Positions 9,185-19,507 of a stretch of DNA of 64,000 nucleotides are shown here, piece after piece. Where the stretch lies: IMG/VR virus record IMGVR_UViG_3300044675_005482, positions 49,998-113,997 of that record; one strand, given 5' to 3'. This DNA comes from a virus. Every line of letters begins with the position of its first letter. Within the stretch, counting starts at the first letter, position 1. Under the pieces are notes generated by a model. The model was given only the letters and a program-made list of their open reading frames with translations. It was not told the DNA's origin and ran no database searches. The position numbers and the translations under genes are program-made.

Positions 9185-12100
9185 TGAGTTTTACGCACTT
9201 ACACGTTCACTCCTATTATTCATTAATGGATGGACTTAACTCACCTAAAGAATTATGTCAGGCAGCGCTAGATGCTGGACAAACTGCAATTGCAATCACA
9301 GACCATGGTACTCTCTCGTCACACAGAGATATGCAGATTGCTGCAAAGGAAATTGGCATTAAGCCGATTCTTGGTGTTGAAGCGTACATTTCTCCAACAG
9401 ATAGGTTTGACAAGTCTTCTAAAACAGACAAGAGTATTCAAGCCTATAACCATATTATTTTGCTAGCTAAAAATAAGACTGGGTTGGAGAATATTAATAT
9501 CCTGCAAGAGCTTGCCTGGAACGAAGGCTTTTATCATAAGCCACGTATTGACAGAGAGGTATTAAAAGAATATGCTGAAGGTATTATTGTATTGTCTGGA
9601 TGCCTTAATGGGCTTATCTCTAAGTGCATCGAAAGGAGCGAGTTTTCTGAGGCTAAACTTATTCTCAAAGACTTTAAGAAAACTTTCGGTGAAGATTTTT
9701 ATATTGAGGTTCAATCTCACAACCCGAAAGAGGTTAACGAAAAACTCTTAGAGTTGGCGGACGAGCTAAAGATTAAGGCGGTGGCAACAGGAGATGCTCA
9801 CTTTGCTAAAGAAGAAGATAGAATTCTAGAAGAAGCCCTGCTCATTTTATCTACATCTCCAAAGGCAGACAAAGACACAGATTTTGATATGTCTAGAAAC
9901 ATGAAGAACATGTTAGATAGATTTAACTATCTTTATCCTGATCGTAGAATTTCATTCCAAGATATGAATCTATTTATCCAGAGTCGCTCTGAAATTGAGG
10001 CTGACTTTAATAAGGCTGGAATTACTCGTAAGGATATTTACGATAATACAATAGAGATTACTAATAAAATTGGAGACTATGAATTCCATAGCGGACTAGA
10101 CCTTCTACCAGTCCCAAAAACAGATGCTGATGAAAGACTAAGGTCCCTATCTGAAAAGGGCTTAGAGAGCCTTCAGAAGGCTTCAGACCCAATTTATATA
10201 GAGCGCCTAGAAGAAGAGCTCTCAGTAATTGCATCTAAAAACTTTGCATCTTACTTCCTTGTTGTAGCCGATATGATTAACTGGGCAAAAGAAAATGGCA
10301 TTAAGGTTGGTCCAGGTCGTGGCTCTGCTGCTGGATCCTTAGTTTGTTATGCATTAGGAATTACAGATGTAGATCCAATTGAATATAACCTTTTGTTTTT
10401 CCGATTTATTAATCCAGAGCGAAATGACTTTCCAGATATTGATACAGACTTTGAAGACCGTCGACGTAAAGAAGTTAAAGACTATTTAAAGAAAAGATTT
10501 AAGCATGTTGCTTCTATCTCTACATATACTTATTTTAAGGATAAGGGTGTAGTTAGAGATGCTGCTCGTGTATTTATGGTTCCGCTTCAAGAAGTTAACC
10601 GTGCAATGAAATCAATTGACACCTTTGAAGACTTTATGGAGTCTCCAAATACAAAAGAATTTAGAATGAAATACCCAGAAGTTGTTTGGCTTGCAGAGCG
10701 TTTACGTGGACGCATTCGTTCTGTTGGAGTTCACGCTGCTGGAGTTGTGGTGGCAAAAGATGATCTTAGAAAGTATGCTCCAGTAGAATCTCGTGCAGAT
10801 GCTAATGACGATGTATCTGGACGTATCCCAGTTGTTGCATATGATATGGATACAGTTGCAGATATCGGACTTATTAAGCTTGATGCACTTGGACTTAAGA
10901 CTTTGTCTGTTATATCAGATACTTTGTCATCAATTAAAAAGAGAACTGGCAAAGATATTAATCTTTCTAGTCTTAAGTTAGACGATCCAAAAGTCTACAA
11001 GATGCTAAGCGATGGTTATACCAAGGGAGTTTTCCAGGCAGAAGCAACCCCATACACCAATTTGCTTATCAAGATGGGTGTGGATAAGTTTGAAGACCTT
11101 GTTGCATCAAACGCTTTGGTAAGACCAGGAGCTATGAACACGGTTGGAGCAGCTTACATTGACAGAAAAAATGGTAAAGAGGCTGTTGATTTTAGCCATT
11201 TGATTATGAAAGAGTTTACCGAAAACACATATGGTGTTATTATATATCAAGAGCAGGTTATGCAAGCCTGTGTGTATTTAGGTGGCATGTCTTGGTCAGA
11301 GGCTGATAAGGTCCGCAAGATTATTGGAAAGAAAAAGGATGCAAAAGAGTTCGACCAGTTCAAAGATCAATTTATTGATGGGGCTTCAAAACACATTACT
11401 AAGAAAAAAGCAGAGCAGCTATGGCACGACTTTGAAGCTCATGCTGGATATTCTTTCAACCGTTCTCACGCTGTTGCTTATTCTATGCTTAGCTATTATA
11501 CTGCTTGGCTTAAGTCCTATTATCCTCTTGAGTTCATGTTTTCAGTTCTTAAAAACGAAAACGATAAAGATGCGAGAACAGAATATTTAATTGAGTCTAA
11601 GAGACTAGGCATTAAAGTAAAGCTTCCACATGTAAATGAGTCTGAGATGTACTTCTCTTTAAAAAATGACTCGATTGTTTTTGGTTTAGCTGAGATTAAA
11701 TTTATTTCAGACAACATTGCAAATAAAATAATAGAAAAGAGGCCATATAAAAACTATGATGACTTTATTGAAAAATCATCGCAAAAAGGTAGCGGTATTA
11801 ACAGCAGGGCTGTCTCTGCTCTTAATGCCATCGGTGGTGCGGCGTTTGATGATAATCCAAGACAAGGTAACGAAAAAGACAACTACTACGAATACCTAGG
11901 CATACCAACATTTAATTTGGACCTACCTCCAAGAATTAAATCTCAAGCACGACCTATTTCTGAATTTGATGATCTAGGTTCGTTTGTAATGTTTGGAATG
12001 GTAAAGGCAATTAAAAGAGGAACTGGCTGGGCCAGAGTAGAGCTTGTTGATGAAACAGGATCTATTGGACTATTCCATACAGAGCAAACACAAATTGAGA

Positions 12101-12450
12101 CTGGGCAAATGTACTTCATCCTTGTTGGAGATAATCGTATTGCCAGATACATTAAGGTTGGAGACATTGATCCCAAGTCCGACGATTTGTTTGTAGACTA
12201 CCTGTATCGTAAGGAATATGATTTAGAAGAAGATGAATATATAGTTGTTAACTTTACTCCATACAAAACAAAAGCTGGCAAAATGATGAGCCACATAGTT
12301 TTGTCTAATGCAGATAAAGAATTAACTAGAGTAATTGTTTTTCCAACTATGTACAAAATGTCTTTAGCAAAGATGCGTGAAGGAATGAAGTGTAAGCTGG
12401 TTCTGTCAAAACTTGACGACGGAACTTTAAATGTTAAGGAGATACTATAA
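9184..12450 (+). CDS. dnaE: DNA polymerase III alpha subunit
   Basis: PHP domain HLHVHSYYSLMDG, GPGRGSAAGSLV, PDIDTDF, HAAGVV, YSFNRSHA. Confidence 0.97.
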   Translation: MSFTHLHVHSYYSLMDGLNSPKELCQAALDAGQTAIAITDHGTLSSHRDMQIAAKEIGIKPILGVEAYISPTDRFDKSSKTDKSIQAYNHIILLAKNKTGLENINILQELAWNEGFYHKPRIDREVLKEYAEGIIVLSGCLNGLISKCIERSEFSEAKLILKDFKKTFGEDFYIEVQSHNPKEVNEKLLELADELKIKAVATGDAHFAKEEDRILEEALLILSTSPKADKDTDFDMSRNMKNMLDRFNYLYPDRRISFQDMNLFIQSRSEIEADFNKAGITRKDIYDNTIEITNKIGDYEFHSGLDLLPVPKTDADERLRSLSEKGLESLQKASDPIYIERLEEELSVIASKNFASYFLVVADMINWAKENGIKVGPGRGSAAGSLVCYALGITDVDPIEYNLLFFRFINPERNDFPDIDTDFEDRRRKEVKDYLKKRFKHVASISTYTYFKDKGVVRDAARVFMVPLQEVNRAMKSIDTFEDFMESPNTKEFRMKYPEVVWLAERLRGRIRSVGVHAAGVVVAKDDLRKYAPVESRADANDDVSGRIPVVAYDMDTVADIGLIKLDALGLKTLSVISDTLSSIKKRTGKDINLSSLKLDDPKVYKMLSDGYTKGVFQAEATPYTNLLIKMGVDKFEDLVASNALVRPGAMNTVGAAYIDRKNGKEAVDFSHLIMKEFTENTYGVIIYQEQVMQACVYLGGMSWSEADKVRKIIGKKKDAKEFDQFKDQFIDGASKHITKKKAEQLWHDFEAHAGYSFNRSHAVAYSMLSYYTAWLKSYYPLEFMFSVLKNENDKDARTEYLIESKRLGIKVKLPHVNESEMYFSLKNDSIVFGLAEIKFISDNIANKIIEKRPYKNYDDFIEKSSQKGSGINSRAVSALNAIGGAAFDDNPRQGNEKDNYYEYLGIPTFNLDLPPRIKSQARPISEFDDLGSFVMFGMVKAIKRGTGWARVELVDETGSIGLFHTEQTQIETGQMYFILVGDNRIARYIKVGDIDPKSDDLFVDYLYRKEYDLEEDEYIVVNFTPYKTKAGKMMSHIVLSNADKELTRVIVFPTMYKMSLAKMREGMKCKLVLSKLDDGTLNVKEIL

Positions 12451-12650
12451 TGTCAAGCGAAGAAGAAGTTATTGCCTCGCTCAGCACAAATAAGATATTG
12501 GTGGCAATCCTAGAGTCTTTGGGTAAAGTTTCAGTACCAACCCTGACATTTTTAGATGCTTCTAATGAGGATAAAGAATTAGTTATTGACTATGACGAGG
12601 AAGGCCCGTCATTTGTTTTTAGTGTAAAGGCAAAGCAAAATAATGGATAA
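12450..12650 (+). CDS. Hypothetical protein
   Basis: Coupled ORF. Confidence 0.65.
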   Translation: MSSEEEVIASLSTNKILVAILESLGKVSVPTLTFLDASNEDKELVIDYDEEGPSFVFSVKAKQNNG

Positions 12651-12987
12651 CAGTTTAGTTACAGACTATGGATTAGATGCACTCTCTGCAGTACTTCATG
12701 AGACCGCTATTGAAAAAGGTTTCTGGGATGGAGATTACAGTAATGACAAAATTGGAAACAAGTTAGCACTTGTTCATTCTGAAGTTACTGAAGTGCTTGA
12801 AGCAATTAGAAAGTCTAAGGGCAGCGAACATATTGTAGAAGAAATTGCAGATATTTTAATTAGAACATTAGATGTATACGCAGCAATGAGAAATGAAAAT
12901 GTAGTTGTAGATAGTCTAGATGAAATTCTAAATAAAAAGATTAATATAAATAAAGATAGGCCAAGGCTTCACGGAAACCTATTTTAA
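12643..12987 (+). CDS. MazG-like NTP pyrophosphohydrolase
   Basis: LALVHSEVTEVLEA...EEIADILIR. Confidence 0.85.
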   Translation: MDNSLVTDYGLDALSAVLHETAIEKGFWDGDYSNDKIGNKLALVHSEVTEVLEAIRKSKGSEHIVEEIADILIRTLDVYAAMRNENVVVDSLDEILNKKININKDRPRLHGNLF

Positions 12988-13017
12988 ATGGTATACTAGG
13001 AGAAAGAAAAGGTTAAT

Positions 13018-14022
13018 ATGAAAATAGATATCGATAGTGTACTATCAAAATTAGATCCAAAAACAAGACAAAGAGTTCAATCAGCACAAGATGTAAAAGT
13101 AGAAAAGCAATTAACGCCAAGCATTGGTTTAAACATGGCGCTCAGAGGAGGACTTGGTTACGGTAGACAAGTTCTTGTATGGGGAAATAAGTCTGCTGGA
13201 AAGTCTTCTTTTTGCTTACAAATGATAGCCCTTGCACAAAAAGAAGGAAAGACTTGTGCATGGATTGATGCTGAGGCATCTTATGATCAGTCTTGGGCAG
13301 AAGCTTTAGGAGTTGATTCTTCTAAACTAATTTATTCACCAGCAAAAACTGTTAATGACATGGTAGATGTTGCTACAAAACTTATGGATGCAGGCGTAGA
13401 CATGATCGTTGTAGACTCAATATCTGCTTTGCTACCAGCCATCTACTTTGAAAAAGATGGAAATGAAATGAAAGATTTGCAAGACACTAAGCAAATCGGC
13501 GCTGAAGCAAAGGATATGACTCACGCAGTCAAAATGTTAAACTATGCAAACAAAAACACATTACTTGTTCTCATCTCACAACAACGAAATCAATTTGGAT
13601 CTATGCATGCTTCGCACATCCCCACAGGTGGCATGGCAGTCAAGTTCTTTTCTTCCACTGTCATTAAGCTCTGGTCGTCTGAGGCTGAAGCGAATGCTAT
13701 TAAGGCTGGGATTAAAGTTGGCGACAAGATCATTGAGCAAAGAGTCGGAAGGCCAGTTAATTGGATTATTGATTACAACAAACTCGGCCCCCCAAATCTA
13801 TCAGGACAATACGACTTTTACTACCAAGGGGAATCTCTTGGTGTAGATTATGTTGGAGAAACTTTAGATGTTGCTGAAATGGTTGGAGCAATTGAAAAGG
13901 GCGGAGCTTGGTATACTGTCAATGGAGAAAGACTTCAAGGACGTGCAAAAGCTGTTCAATATCTTCGTGATAATCCTGAAGTAGTTTTAAAACTACAGGA
14001 GGATATCAATGCCAAATCTTGA
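13018..14022 (+). CDS. recA: RecA/UvsX-like recombinase
   Basis: GNKSAGKS, WIDAE, IVVDSISAL, PTGGMAVKF, KGGAWY. Confidence 0.95.
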   Translation: MKIDIDSVLSKLDPKTRQRVQSAQDVKVEKQLTPSIGLNMALRGGLGYGRQVLVWGNKSAGKSSFCLQMIALAQKEGKTCAWIDAEASYDQSWAEALGVDSSKLIYSPAKTVNDMVDVATKLMDAGVDMIVVDSISALLPAIYFEKDGNEMKDLQDTKQIGAEAKDMTHAVKMLNYANKNTLLVLISQQRNQFGSMHASHIPTGGMAVKFFSSTVIKLWSSEAEANAIKAGIKVGDKIIEQRVGRPVNWIIDYNKLGPPNLSGQYDFYYQGESLGVDYVGETLDVAEMVGAIEKGGAWYTVNGERLQGRAKAVQYLRDNPEVVLKLQEDINAKS

Positions 14023-14197
14023 CGAATTTTTAAAACCACAGATCGAGCATAAGGAATATAATTTAGAAAAGCTTCCTGGGCTAAGAGCTTGCAACACATG
14101 TGACGAAGATGTTAATGGTGCGCTGTGGGATCCGATAGAGTTGGTAATGTCTTGGAGATGTTCCAAAGGTCATGAAACAGTATTTAAGGTGCAGTAG
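14009..14197 (+). CDS. Small zinc-binding protein
   Basis: CNTC...CSKGH. Confidence 0.6.
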   Translation: MPNLDEFLKPQIEHKEYNLEKLPGLRACNTCDEDVNGALWDPIELVMSWRCSKGHETVFKVQ

Positions 14198-14502
14198 TGT
14201 CAGAAAGATCAGAAGTAAAAAGAGATGGTGCCAAAGCACAGAAGAATTCTGGACGTGGTGATTATCAAAAGGGCGATGCTAAATGGAAGATGTTTCTTGT
14301 AGACTACAAGGAAGCTTCAAAATCTTTTACTTTAAACAAGCCAGTATGGTCAAAGATTTGTACTGATACATTTAAAGTAAGTAGAGATATGCATCCAGCA
14401 TTAAAGATTATTATAGGTGAGGATTCCAAAGTTCGACTTGGAATTATTGAATGGACTGTATTAGAAGAGCTAATGCAATTCTGGGAGGACAATCATGATT
14501 AA
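14197..14502 (+). CDS. Holliday junction resolvase-like PD-(D/E)xK nuclease
   Basis: NSGRG..KGD...VDYKE motif; follows recA. Confidence 0.65.
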   Translation: MSERSEVKRDGAKAQKNSGRGDYQKGDAKWKMFLVDYKEASKSFTLNKPVWSKICTDTFKVSRDMHPALKIIIGEDSKVRLGIIEWTVLEELMQFWEDNHD

Positions 14503-14653
14503 AGAAATATTTTTAACAACATTAACTGGAGCAGGAGTGGGTGCAATATTTGCATTGTTTAAGCTTCCAGTTCCAGCCCCACCAGTATTTGCAGGAGTTA
14601 TGGGTATTGTTGGTTTGTGGATTGGCTACGGATTAATTGCGAGAGCATTATAA
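14495..14653 (+). CDS. DUF1427/XapX-family small membrane protein (52 aa, not in ORF track)
   Basis: GAGVGAIFALFKLPVPAPPVFAGVMGIVGLWIG; GGAGG RBS. Confidence 0.8.
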   Translation: MIKEIFLTTLTGAGVGAIFALFKLPVPAPPVFAGVMGIVGLWIGYGLIARAL

Positions 14654-14757
14654 TGACTATGTTTTTATTAGGATTGATGTTGGGTTTTAGCGTCGGATAC
14701 CCAATGGGATTGTTTATAGACAAATTAGATAAAAGGGTGAAGAATGGCAGAAGATAA
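14653..14757 (+). CDS. Small membrane peptide (34 aa)
   Basis: Coupled ORF MTMFLLGLMLGFSVGYPMGLFIDK... Confidence 0.5.
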   Translation: MTMFLLGLMLGFSVGYPMGLFIDKLDKRVKNGRR

Positions 14758-15082
14758 AAATACACTAGAACTTATTAGTGACATAACTGAGTTTAACGAC
14801 CTTCATGAGTTTATGAAGGACGAACATCTAGACAAAGCTTTGGCAGTTGTTGTAAAGCTTTTGATGAATCCAGATGTTCCATCTGCAAAGTCTCCTATGC
14901 TAATTATGGAGCTTCAGGCAATGTCTACTAAATTTGCTGTGCTTGCGTCTTACTATTCAACTATTGCAAAAGATAAAGCTGGCACAGAAAATAATAACAA
15001 AAAGAATATTTATTACTCTTTAAAAGAAGCCATCGACAAACTTGTAGATGCCCTTAAATATGTCGTTAGGTACAATTCATAA
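14744..15082 (+). CDS. Hypothetical protein
   Basis: ORF. Confidence 0.7.
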   Translation: MAEDKNTLELISDITEFNDLHEFMKDEHLDKALAVVVKLLMNPDVPSAKSPMLIMELQAMSTKFAVLASYYSTIAKDKAGTENNNKKNIYYSLKEAIDKLVDALKYVVRYNS

Positions 15083-15867
15083 TGGGAAGAGATATTGTAA
15101 AGAACCTTAAGTTTAAAAAGCATGCTGGAAAACATTTTGACCCAGAACGCTTTGCCAATCTACTAGACGAGGCATATAGAAATACAAAACGTGCAGACGG
15201 TGAGATGACAAAGAAGTCATTTAGCCCAAGCTCGCTTGGCTATGGACATGGAACCTGCCCAAGATACTGGTACATGGCATTTAGCGGAGCAATGTTTATT
15301 GATAATAACGATGCAGTTGCTGTTGCTAATATGGCACAGGGAACACAGGCTCACGAAAGGCTTCAGAATTTAATTAAGAGTATGCCAGAGTGGAGAGCGG
15401 AAGAAGAAGAGATCATTAATGAGTATCCTCCTATTCGTGGCTTCATTGACTTGATCATGGAGTATGATGGCGAAACTGTAATTGGTGAAATTAAAACGGC
15501 GAAGCAAGAAGTTTGGGATGCTAGACAGTCTGAGATGAAGTCTTCTGCTAACCACATGCTTCAACTCCTTACATACATGAAGCTAAAGAACGCTAAAGAG
15601 GGATTCTTTTTGTATGAAAATAAAAATACTCAGGAGATTCTTGTCATTCCAGTCTCAATGAATGAAAAAAATAAAAAGATAATTGAAGATACATTTTTAT
15701 GGATGCAAGAAGTGTGGGATAATTTTCAAGACGGAGATCTTCCTATGCGTCCAGCAGGTGCAACAAAATCCAAAATGCCGTGCACCTATTGTCCAGTTAA
15801 GAAAGAATGTTATGCTGGACTTACTGGTACAGTTCAAATAGAAAAGTTTGAGATTCCAGTATTATGA
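15082..15867 (+). CDS. Cas4-like PD-(D/E)xK exonuclease
   Basis: SPSSL..CPR, GTQAH, GFIDL..EIKT, QLLTY, C-terminal CTYCPVKKEC. Confidence 0.85.
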   Translation: MGRDIVKNLKFKKHAGKHFDPERFANLLDEAYRNTKRADGEMTKKSFSPSSLGYGHGTCPRYWYMAFSGAMFIDNNDAVAVANMAQGTQAHERLQNLIKSMPEWRAEEEEIINEYPPIRGFIDLIMEYDGETVIGEIKTAKQEVWDARQSEMKSSANHMLQLLTYMKLKNAKEGFFLYENKNTQEILVIPVSMNEKNKKIIEDTFLWMQEVWDNFQDGDLPMRPAGATKSKMPCTYCPVKKECYAGLTGTVQIEKFEIPVL

Positions 15868-16145
15868 TATGCTCAAATAAAGAGTGTGGCAAAGAGTTCG
15901 AAATAAGAACCCATAATCAAAAGTATTGCTCTGATGAGTGTTGCCGAATTGCAACAAATAAAAGAATTATGGAAAAGTATTATGAGAAAAAGGCAATAAG
16001 AAACGGATCAATTGTAAGAACATGTAAAAAGTGTAAGACACGACTAAGCGTCTATCACAACCAGGATGTCTGCTCTGCTTGCGAAAAATCTTTAAGCCTA
16101 GAGGCTCGTGAGAAATTGTTGAGGATGATAGATGACATTAGCTGA
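15864..16145 (+). CDS. Cys-rich zinc-finger protein
   Basis: CSNKEC, YCSDEC, CKKC, CSAC. Confidence 0.7.
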   Translation: MICSNKECGKEFEIRTHNQKYCSDECCRIATNKRIMEKYYEKKAIRNGSIVRTCKKCKTRLSVYHNQDVCSACEKSLSLEAREKLLRMIDDIS

Positions 16146-16701
16146 TTTAGTAAAGGTTAAAGCAAACCGTGTCCTAGGTATTGATGCTTCTACCAATTCC
16201 GTAGCCTTTTGTTTAATGGAAAATGATAAACCTTTAAAATGGGGTAAGATAGAATTTAAAGGCAACGATATCTTTGAAAAAATTCACGATGCAAAAAATA
16301 AAATGCATGTAATGCTAGATGAATTAAAGAGTGATTATATTGTAGTTGAGGGTGCAGTACTTGTCAGATCACCTGATGCTGTGATAAAATTGTCTTATGT
16401 CTATGGAGTTGTTATTGCTGAGCTTATGTCTACTGGCGCTAAGGTTATTACAATTAGCCCTACCGCTTGGCAGGCGTACATTGGCAACAAAAATCCGACG
16501 AAAGATGAAAAGTCTGCAATAAGATTAGCCAATCCAGGATATGCAGATTCATGGTACAAAAATCAATTAAGAAATATGCGTAAGCAAAGAACCGTAGACT
16601 ACTTTAATAAAAAGTATAATCTATCGCTAACAGATTTTGATGTTGCAGATTCATTCGGAATTGCACACTACTCTAATCAAATACTGACGGAGAGAAAATG
16701 A
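16132..16701 (+). CDS. RuvC-like resolvase
   Basis: VLGIDAS, IVVEG, DVADSFGIA. Confidence 0.85.
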   Translation: MTLADLVKVKANRVLGIDASTNSVAFCLMENDKPLKWGKIEFKGNDIFEKIHDAKNKMHVMLDELKSDYIVVEGAVLVRSPDAVIKLSYVYGVVIAELMSTGAKVITISPTAWQAYIGNKNPTKDEKSAIRLANPGYADSWYKNQLRNMRKQRTVDYFNKKYNLSLTDFDVADSFGIAHYSNQILTERK

Positions 16702-17546
16702 TACCTAAAACTATTTTTCAAACCTACTCCTGCGCCTACGAAGATCTTCCTTCATACATTAAGAATTGTACAGACACATGGAAAGAAAGAAACCCAGACT
16801 TTGATTACGTTTATATGAGCGAAAAAGAATGTTATGAGTTTATTTTAAACAACTATAGTCAACGCCATGCAGATATTTATGCTGGGCTTAAACACAAGGC
16901 AATGAAAGGCGATTGGTGGAGATACCTTATTGTGAATAAGCTTGGCGGAGTTTACATGGATATAGACACTGTATGTCGTAAGCCCTTATCTTCAGTTTTA
17001 GATTTAAGTAATGACTTTATGACATCGTTAGATTTAGTACCAAGCGCCTTGTTTACACAGTGGGGATTTGCAGCTAAGTCTAATAGTCCAATACTTGAAA
17101 ATCTAATTGATCATGTATTAGATAATTATGATGAGTTTCCAGATAACAGAAAGTTAATTGGAACAGATTTAACTGGGCCAACAGCTTTTCAAAAATCAAT
17201 TAAAGATGTAATTGGAGATGATATTCAAATGCTAATTAATTTGTGTAGCCCTGATGCATCCAAGCATCTAGACTTTGCAGAAGAAAATTCACAATCAATT
17301 GATCAAATTGTAGAAATTTTTAACAACTCAGAGCACGTTAAAAACAATAAATTTAAATTATATTTTTGGACATTTAATAATGCTGCTCGACACTTTACGT
17401 CGGCATGGAGATGGTCGGACCATACAATAGATGATAACATTATTAGTAGAATGATAAAGCATAAGTGTGATAATGTTAATTATGAGTATGCAGATATTAA
17501 AATACATTTAAAGAAGCCTTCCTACAGTTCGTTTGGATTTAATTAA
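16698..17546 (+). CDS. Glycosyltransferase, DXD sugar-binding type (GT32/OCH1-like)
   Basis: MIPKTIFQT, DWWRYL..GGVYMDID, TGP. Confidence 0.9.
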   Translation: MIPKTIFQTYSCAYEDLPSYIKNCTDTWKERNPDFDYVYMSEKECYEFILNNYSQRHADIYAGLKHKAMKGDWWRYLIVNKLGGVYMDIDTVCRKPLSSVLDLSNDFMTSLDLVPSALFTQWGFAAKSNSPILENLIDHVLDNYDEFPDNRKLIGTDLTGPTAFQKSIKDVIGDDIQMLINLCSPDASKHLDFAEENSQSIDQIVEIFNNSEHVKNNKFKLYFWTFNNAARHFTSAWRWSDHTIDDNIISRMIKHKCDNVNYEYADIKIHLKKPSYSSFGFN

Positions 17547-17547
17547 T

Positions 17548-17892
17548 ATGGCTATGGACTTAATTGGACTGGACCCTATAGGAATAGAGGGCAAACATTT
17601 TAGAAGAAATATTAGATCATGGCATCATATGTGGGATGCAATATCAGCATTATACCCAGATATTGCCACTAAAGTAGAGTACGCATATTCAAATGATGGC
17701 GACGGTTTAAATAAAGAAGATTGTTTGGCACTGGCAGAGCTTCTTGCCTTAGAAATGGAAAATGAAAGACAAGACTTAAAGGTGTATGTAAAAGAAAATT
17801 TTTCTAAAAACAATGTAATGGCTCCAGACTTTACAGACTTTAATGATTTTTTAATCTTCTTAGAAGAGTGTGGAGGATTTGAAATATGGTAA
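17548..17892 (+). CDS. Hypothetical protein
   Basis: ORF ending GGFEIW. Confidence 0.65.
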   Translation: MAMDLIGLDPIGIEGKHFRRNIRSWHHMWDAISALYPDIATKVEYAYSNDGDGLNKEDCLALAELLALEMENERQDLKVYVKENFSKNNVMAPDFTDFNDFLIFLEECGGFEIW

Positions 17893-18035
17893 AGTTTTAT
17901 CAAAGCAAAGAATGGCTATATAGAAGGTACGTTGTTCAAAAGAAAACGGTAACAGAGATAGGTAAAGAGTGTGGAGTTTCTGCTATGACTATACAGAGAT
18001 ACTTAGAACAGTTTGGATTGATTAAAAAAAGATGA
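17886..18035 (+). CDS. Small HTH DNA-binding protein (49 aa, not in ORF track)
   Basis: SKEWLYRRYVVQKKTVTEIGKECGVSAMTIQRYLEQFGL. Confidence 0.75.
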   Translation: MVKFYQSKEWLYRRYVVQKKTVTEIGKECGVSAMTIQRYLEQFGLIKKR

Positions 18036-18613
18036 CTAACCCAATAGCTTTTGACAATGTATATTTAAATGATGTATGGGGATACAAAAGTGGACCAGGC
18101 TCTGACCCAACATTTGCTAAGCCTTGGATTGATCAGGTTAATTATTTTCTGTCAAGAAAAGATGTTAAGACTGTAATTGATATTGGTTGTGGAGACTGGA
18201 GAATAGGCAAATGCTTAAATCTAGAAGGCAAAGACTATACTGGTATAGATATTAGCTCAATAATTTTAAAAGAAACCTCTTTAAACGCCACAGAAAATAT
18301 TAAATTTATACACGGAGACTTTGAAACCTTAGAGACACACGATGCTGATCTAATAATAATTAAAGACGTACTACAACACTTGACAAACGCTTCTATATAT
18401 AATATTATTAATAAAATTATGGGCAAAGCTAAGTATGCTTTAATTTGTGATGATTTAGATAGAGATAATAAAAGCAACAACAATGCAGATATTATGCCAG
18501 GACATCATAGATTTATAGATATATCTGCAGAGCCATTTAACTTTAACTTTATACAGTTAGGATATTTTAAAGGCAAGAACATTAGTCTATATATTAGAGA
18601 TGAGGAGCGGTAA
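18032..18613 (+). CDS. Class I SAM-dependent methyltransferase
   Basis: SGPGS, VIDIGCGD, DVLQHL. Confidence 0.9.
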   Translation: MTNPIAFDNVYLNDVWGYKSGPGSDPTFAKPWIDQVNYFLSRKDVKTVIDIGCGDWRIGKCLNLEGKDYTGIDISSIILKETSLNATENIKFIHGDFETLETHDADLIIIKDVLQHLTNASIYNIINKIMGKAKYALICDDLDRDNKSNNNADIMPGHHRFIDISAEPFNFNFIQLGYFKGKNISLYIRDEER

Positions 18614-18955
18614 ATGTTGAAGCCAGTATATGAGGACGTAAGCAGGTTTGATTGCTCAGACCTATATTTAAGATCAGTTGGTGCGCCTTCTGGTTCTAAA
18701 ATATGGTCAGCGTGTCACGAAATAGCCCACCTCCTAATTGAAAAGAATATATCATATGGAGACTCAGCTTTAAATCCTGCAAGAATATTTTCTTCGGCGG
18801 ACCCAACAGAACAGCTAAAGGTTCGCATAGATGACAAGCTAAATAGAGTAATGAATAATCAAGGATATGCTGGGGATAATGATATCGATGATTTAATTGG
18901 ATACTTGGTTCTATATAAAATTGCTAAAAGTCAGGTTGCAATTTCAGTCGACTAG
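18614..18955 (+). CDS. Nucleotide modification-associated domain 1 (DUF1599-like) protein
   Basis: KNISYGDS...RIDDKLNR...DLIGYLVL. Confidence 0.7.
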   Translation: MLKPVYEDVSRFDCSDLYLRSVGAPSGSKIWSACHEIAHLLIEKNISYGDSALNPARIFSSADPTEQLKVRIDDKLNRVMNNQGYAGDNDIDDLIGYLVLYKIAKSQVAISVD

Positions 18956-18970
18956 AAGTATAATATATAC

Positions 18971-19507
18971 ATGACAGAATTAGAACCAGCGGTGCATTTT
19001 GATCGCATGAACAAGGTAGTTGAAGAGTTATTAAAGGGCAATACTCATAGTCAGATTGCAGCATCTACTGGATTCAAAAGAGCAGAAGTAATAGAGCTAA
19101 TTAATGAATGGAAAGATGTCGTTCATAATGATGTTAGTTTAAGAGGTCGTGCAAAAGAAGCCATATCTGGAGCTGATCAGCACTATGCAATGCTCATTAA
19201 AGAGGCCTGGAAGACCGTAGAGGACGCAGATACACAGGGCCAACTAAGTGTTAAGGCTGGTGCTTTAAAGCTCATAGCGGACATTGAGACCAAGCGTATA
19301 GGCATGCTACAGTCTGTCGGGGTGCTTGAAAATAATGAACTGGCATCTCAAATTGCAGAGACAGAAAGAAAGCAGGAAATCCTTGTTGGCATATTAAAAG
19401 AGGTAACTGCAGGATGTCCAAAATGTAAGATGGATGTTGCTAAAAGGCTTTCACAAATTACTGGAATAGTAGAGGCAGTTGTTGTAGAGGACTCCAATGC
19501 CGTTTGA
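18971..19507 (+). CDS. Putative terminase small subunit (N-terminal HTH)
   Basis: HTH at N-terminus; overlaps the large terminase start. Confidence 0.55.
   Translation: MTELEPAVHFDRMNKVVEELLKGNTHSQIAASTGFKRAEVIELINEWKDVVHNDVSLRGRAKEAISGADQHYAMLIKEAWKTVEDADTQGQLSVKAGALKLIADIETKRIGMLQSVGVLENNELASQIAETERKQEILVGILKEVTAGCPKCKMDVAKRLSQITGIVEAVVVEDSNAV

Noticed and set aside
15082-15867. Cas4-like gene as part of a CRISPR-Cas system
   Set aside because: No repeat-spacer array or other cas genes seen; solo Cas4-like exonucleases are ordinary in phage recombination modules
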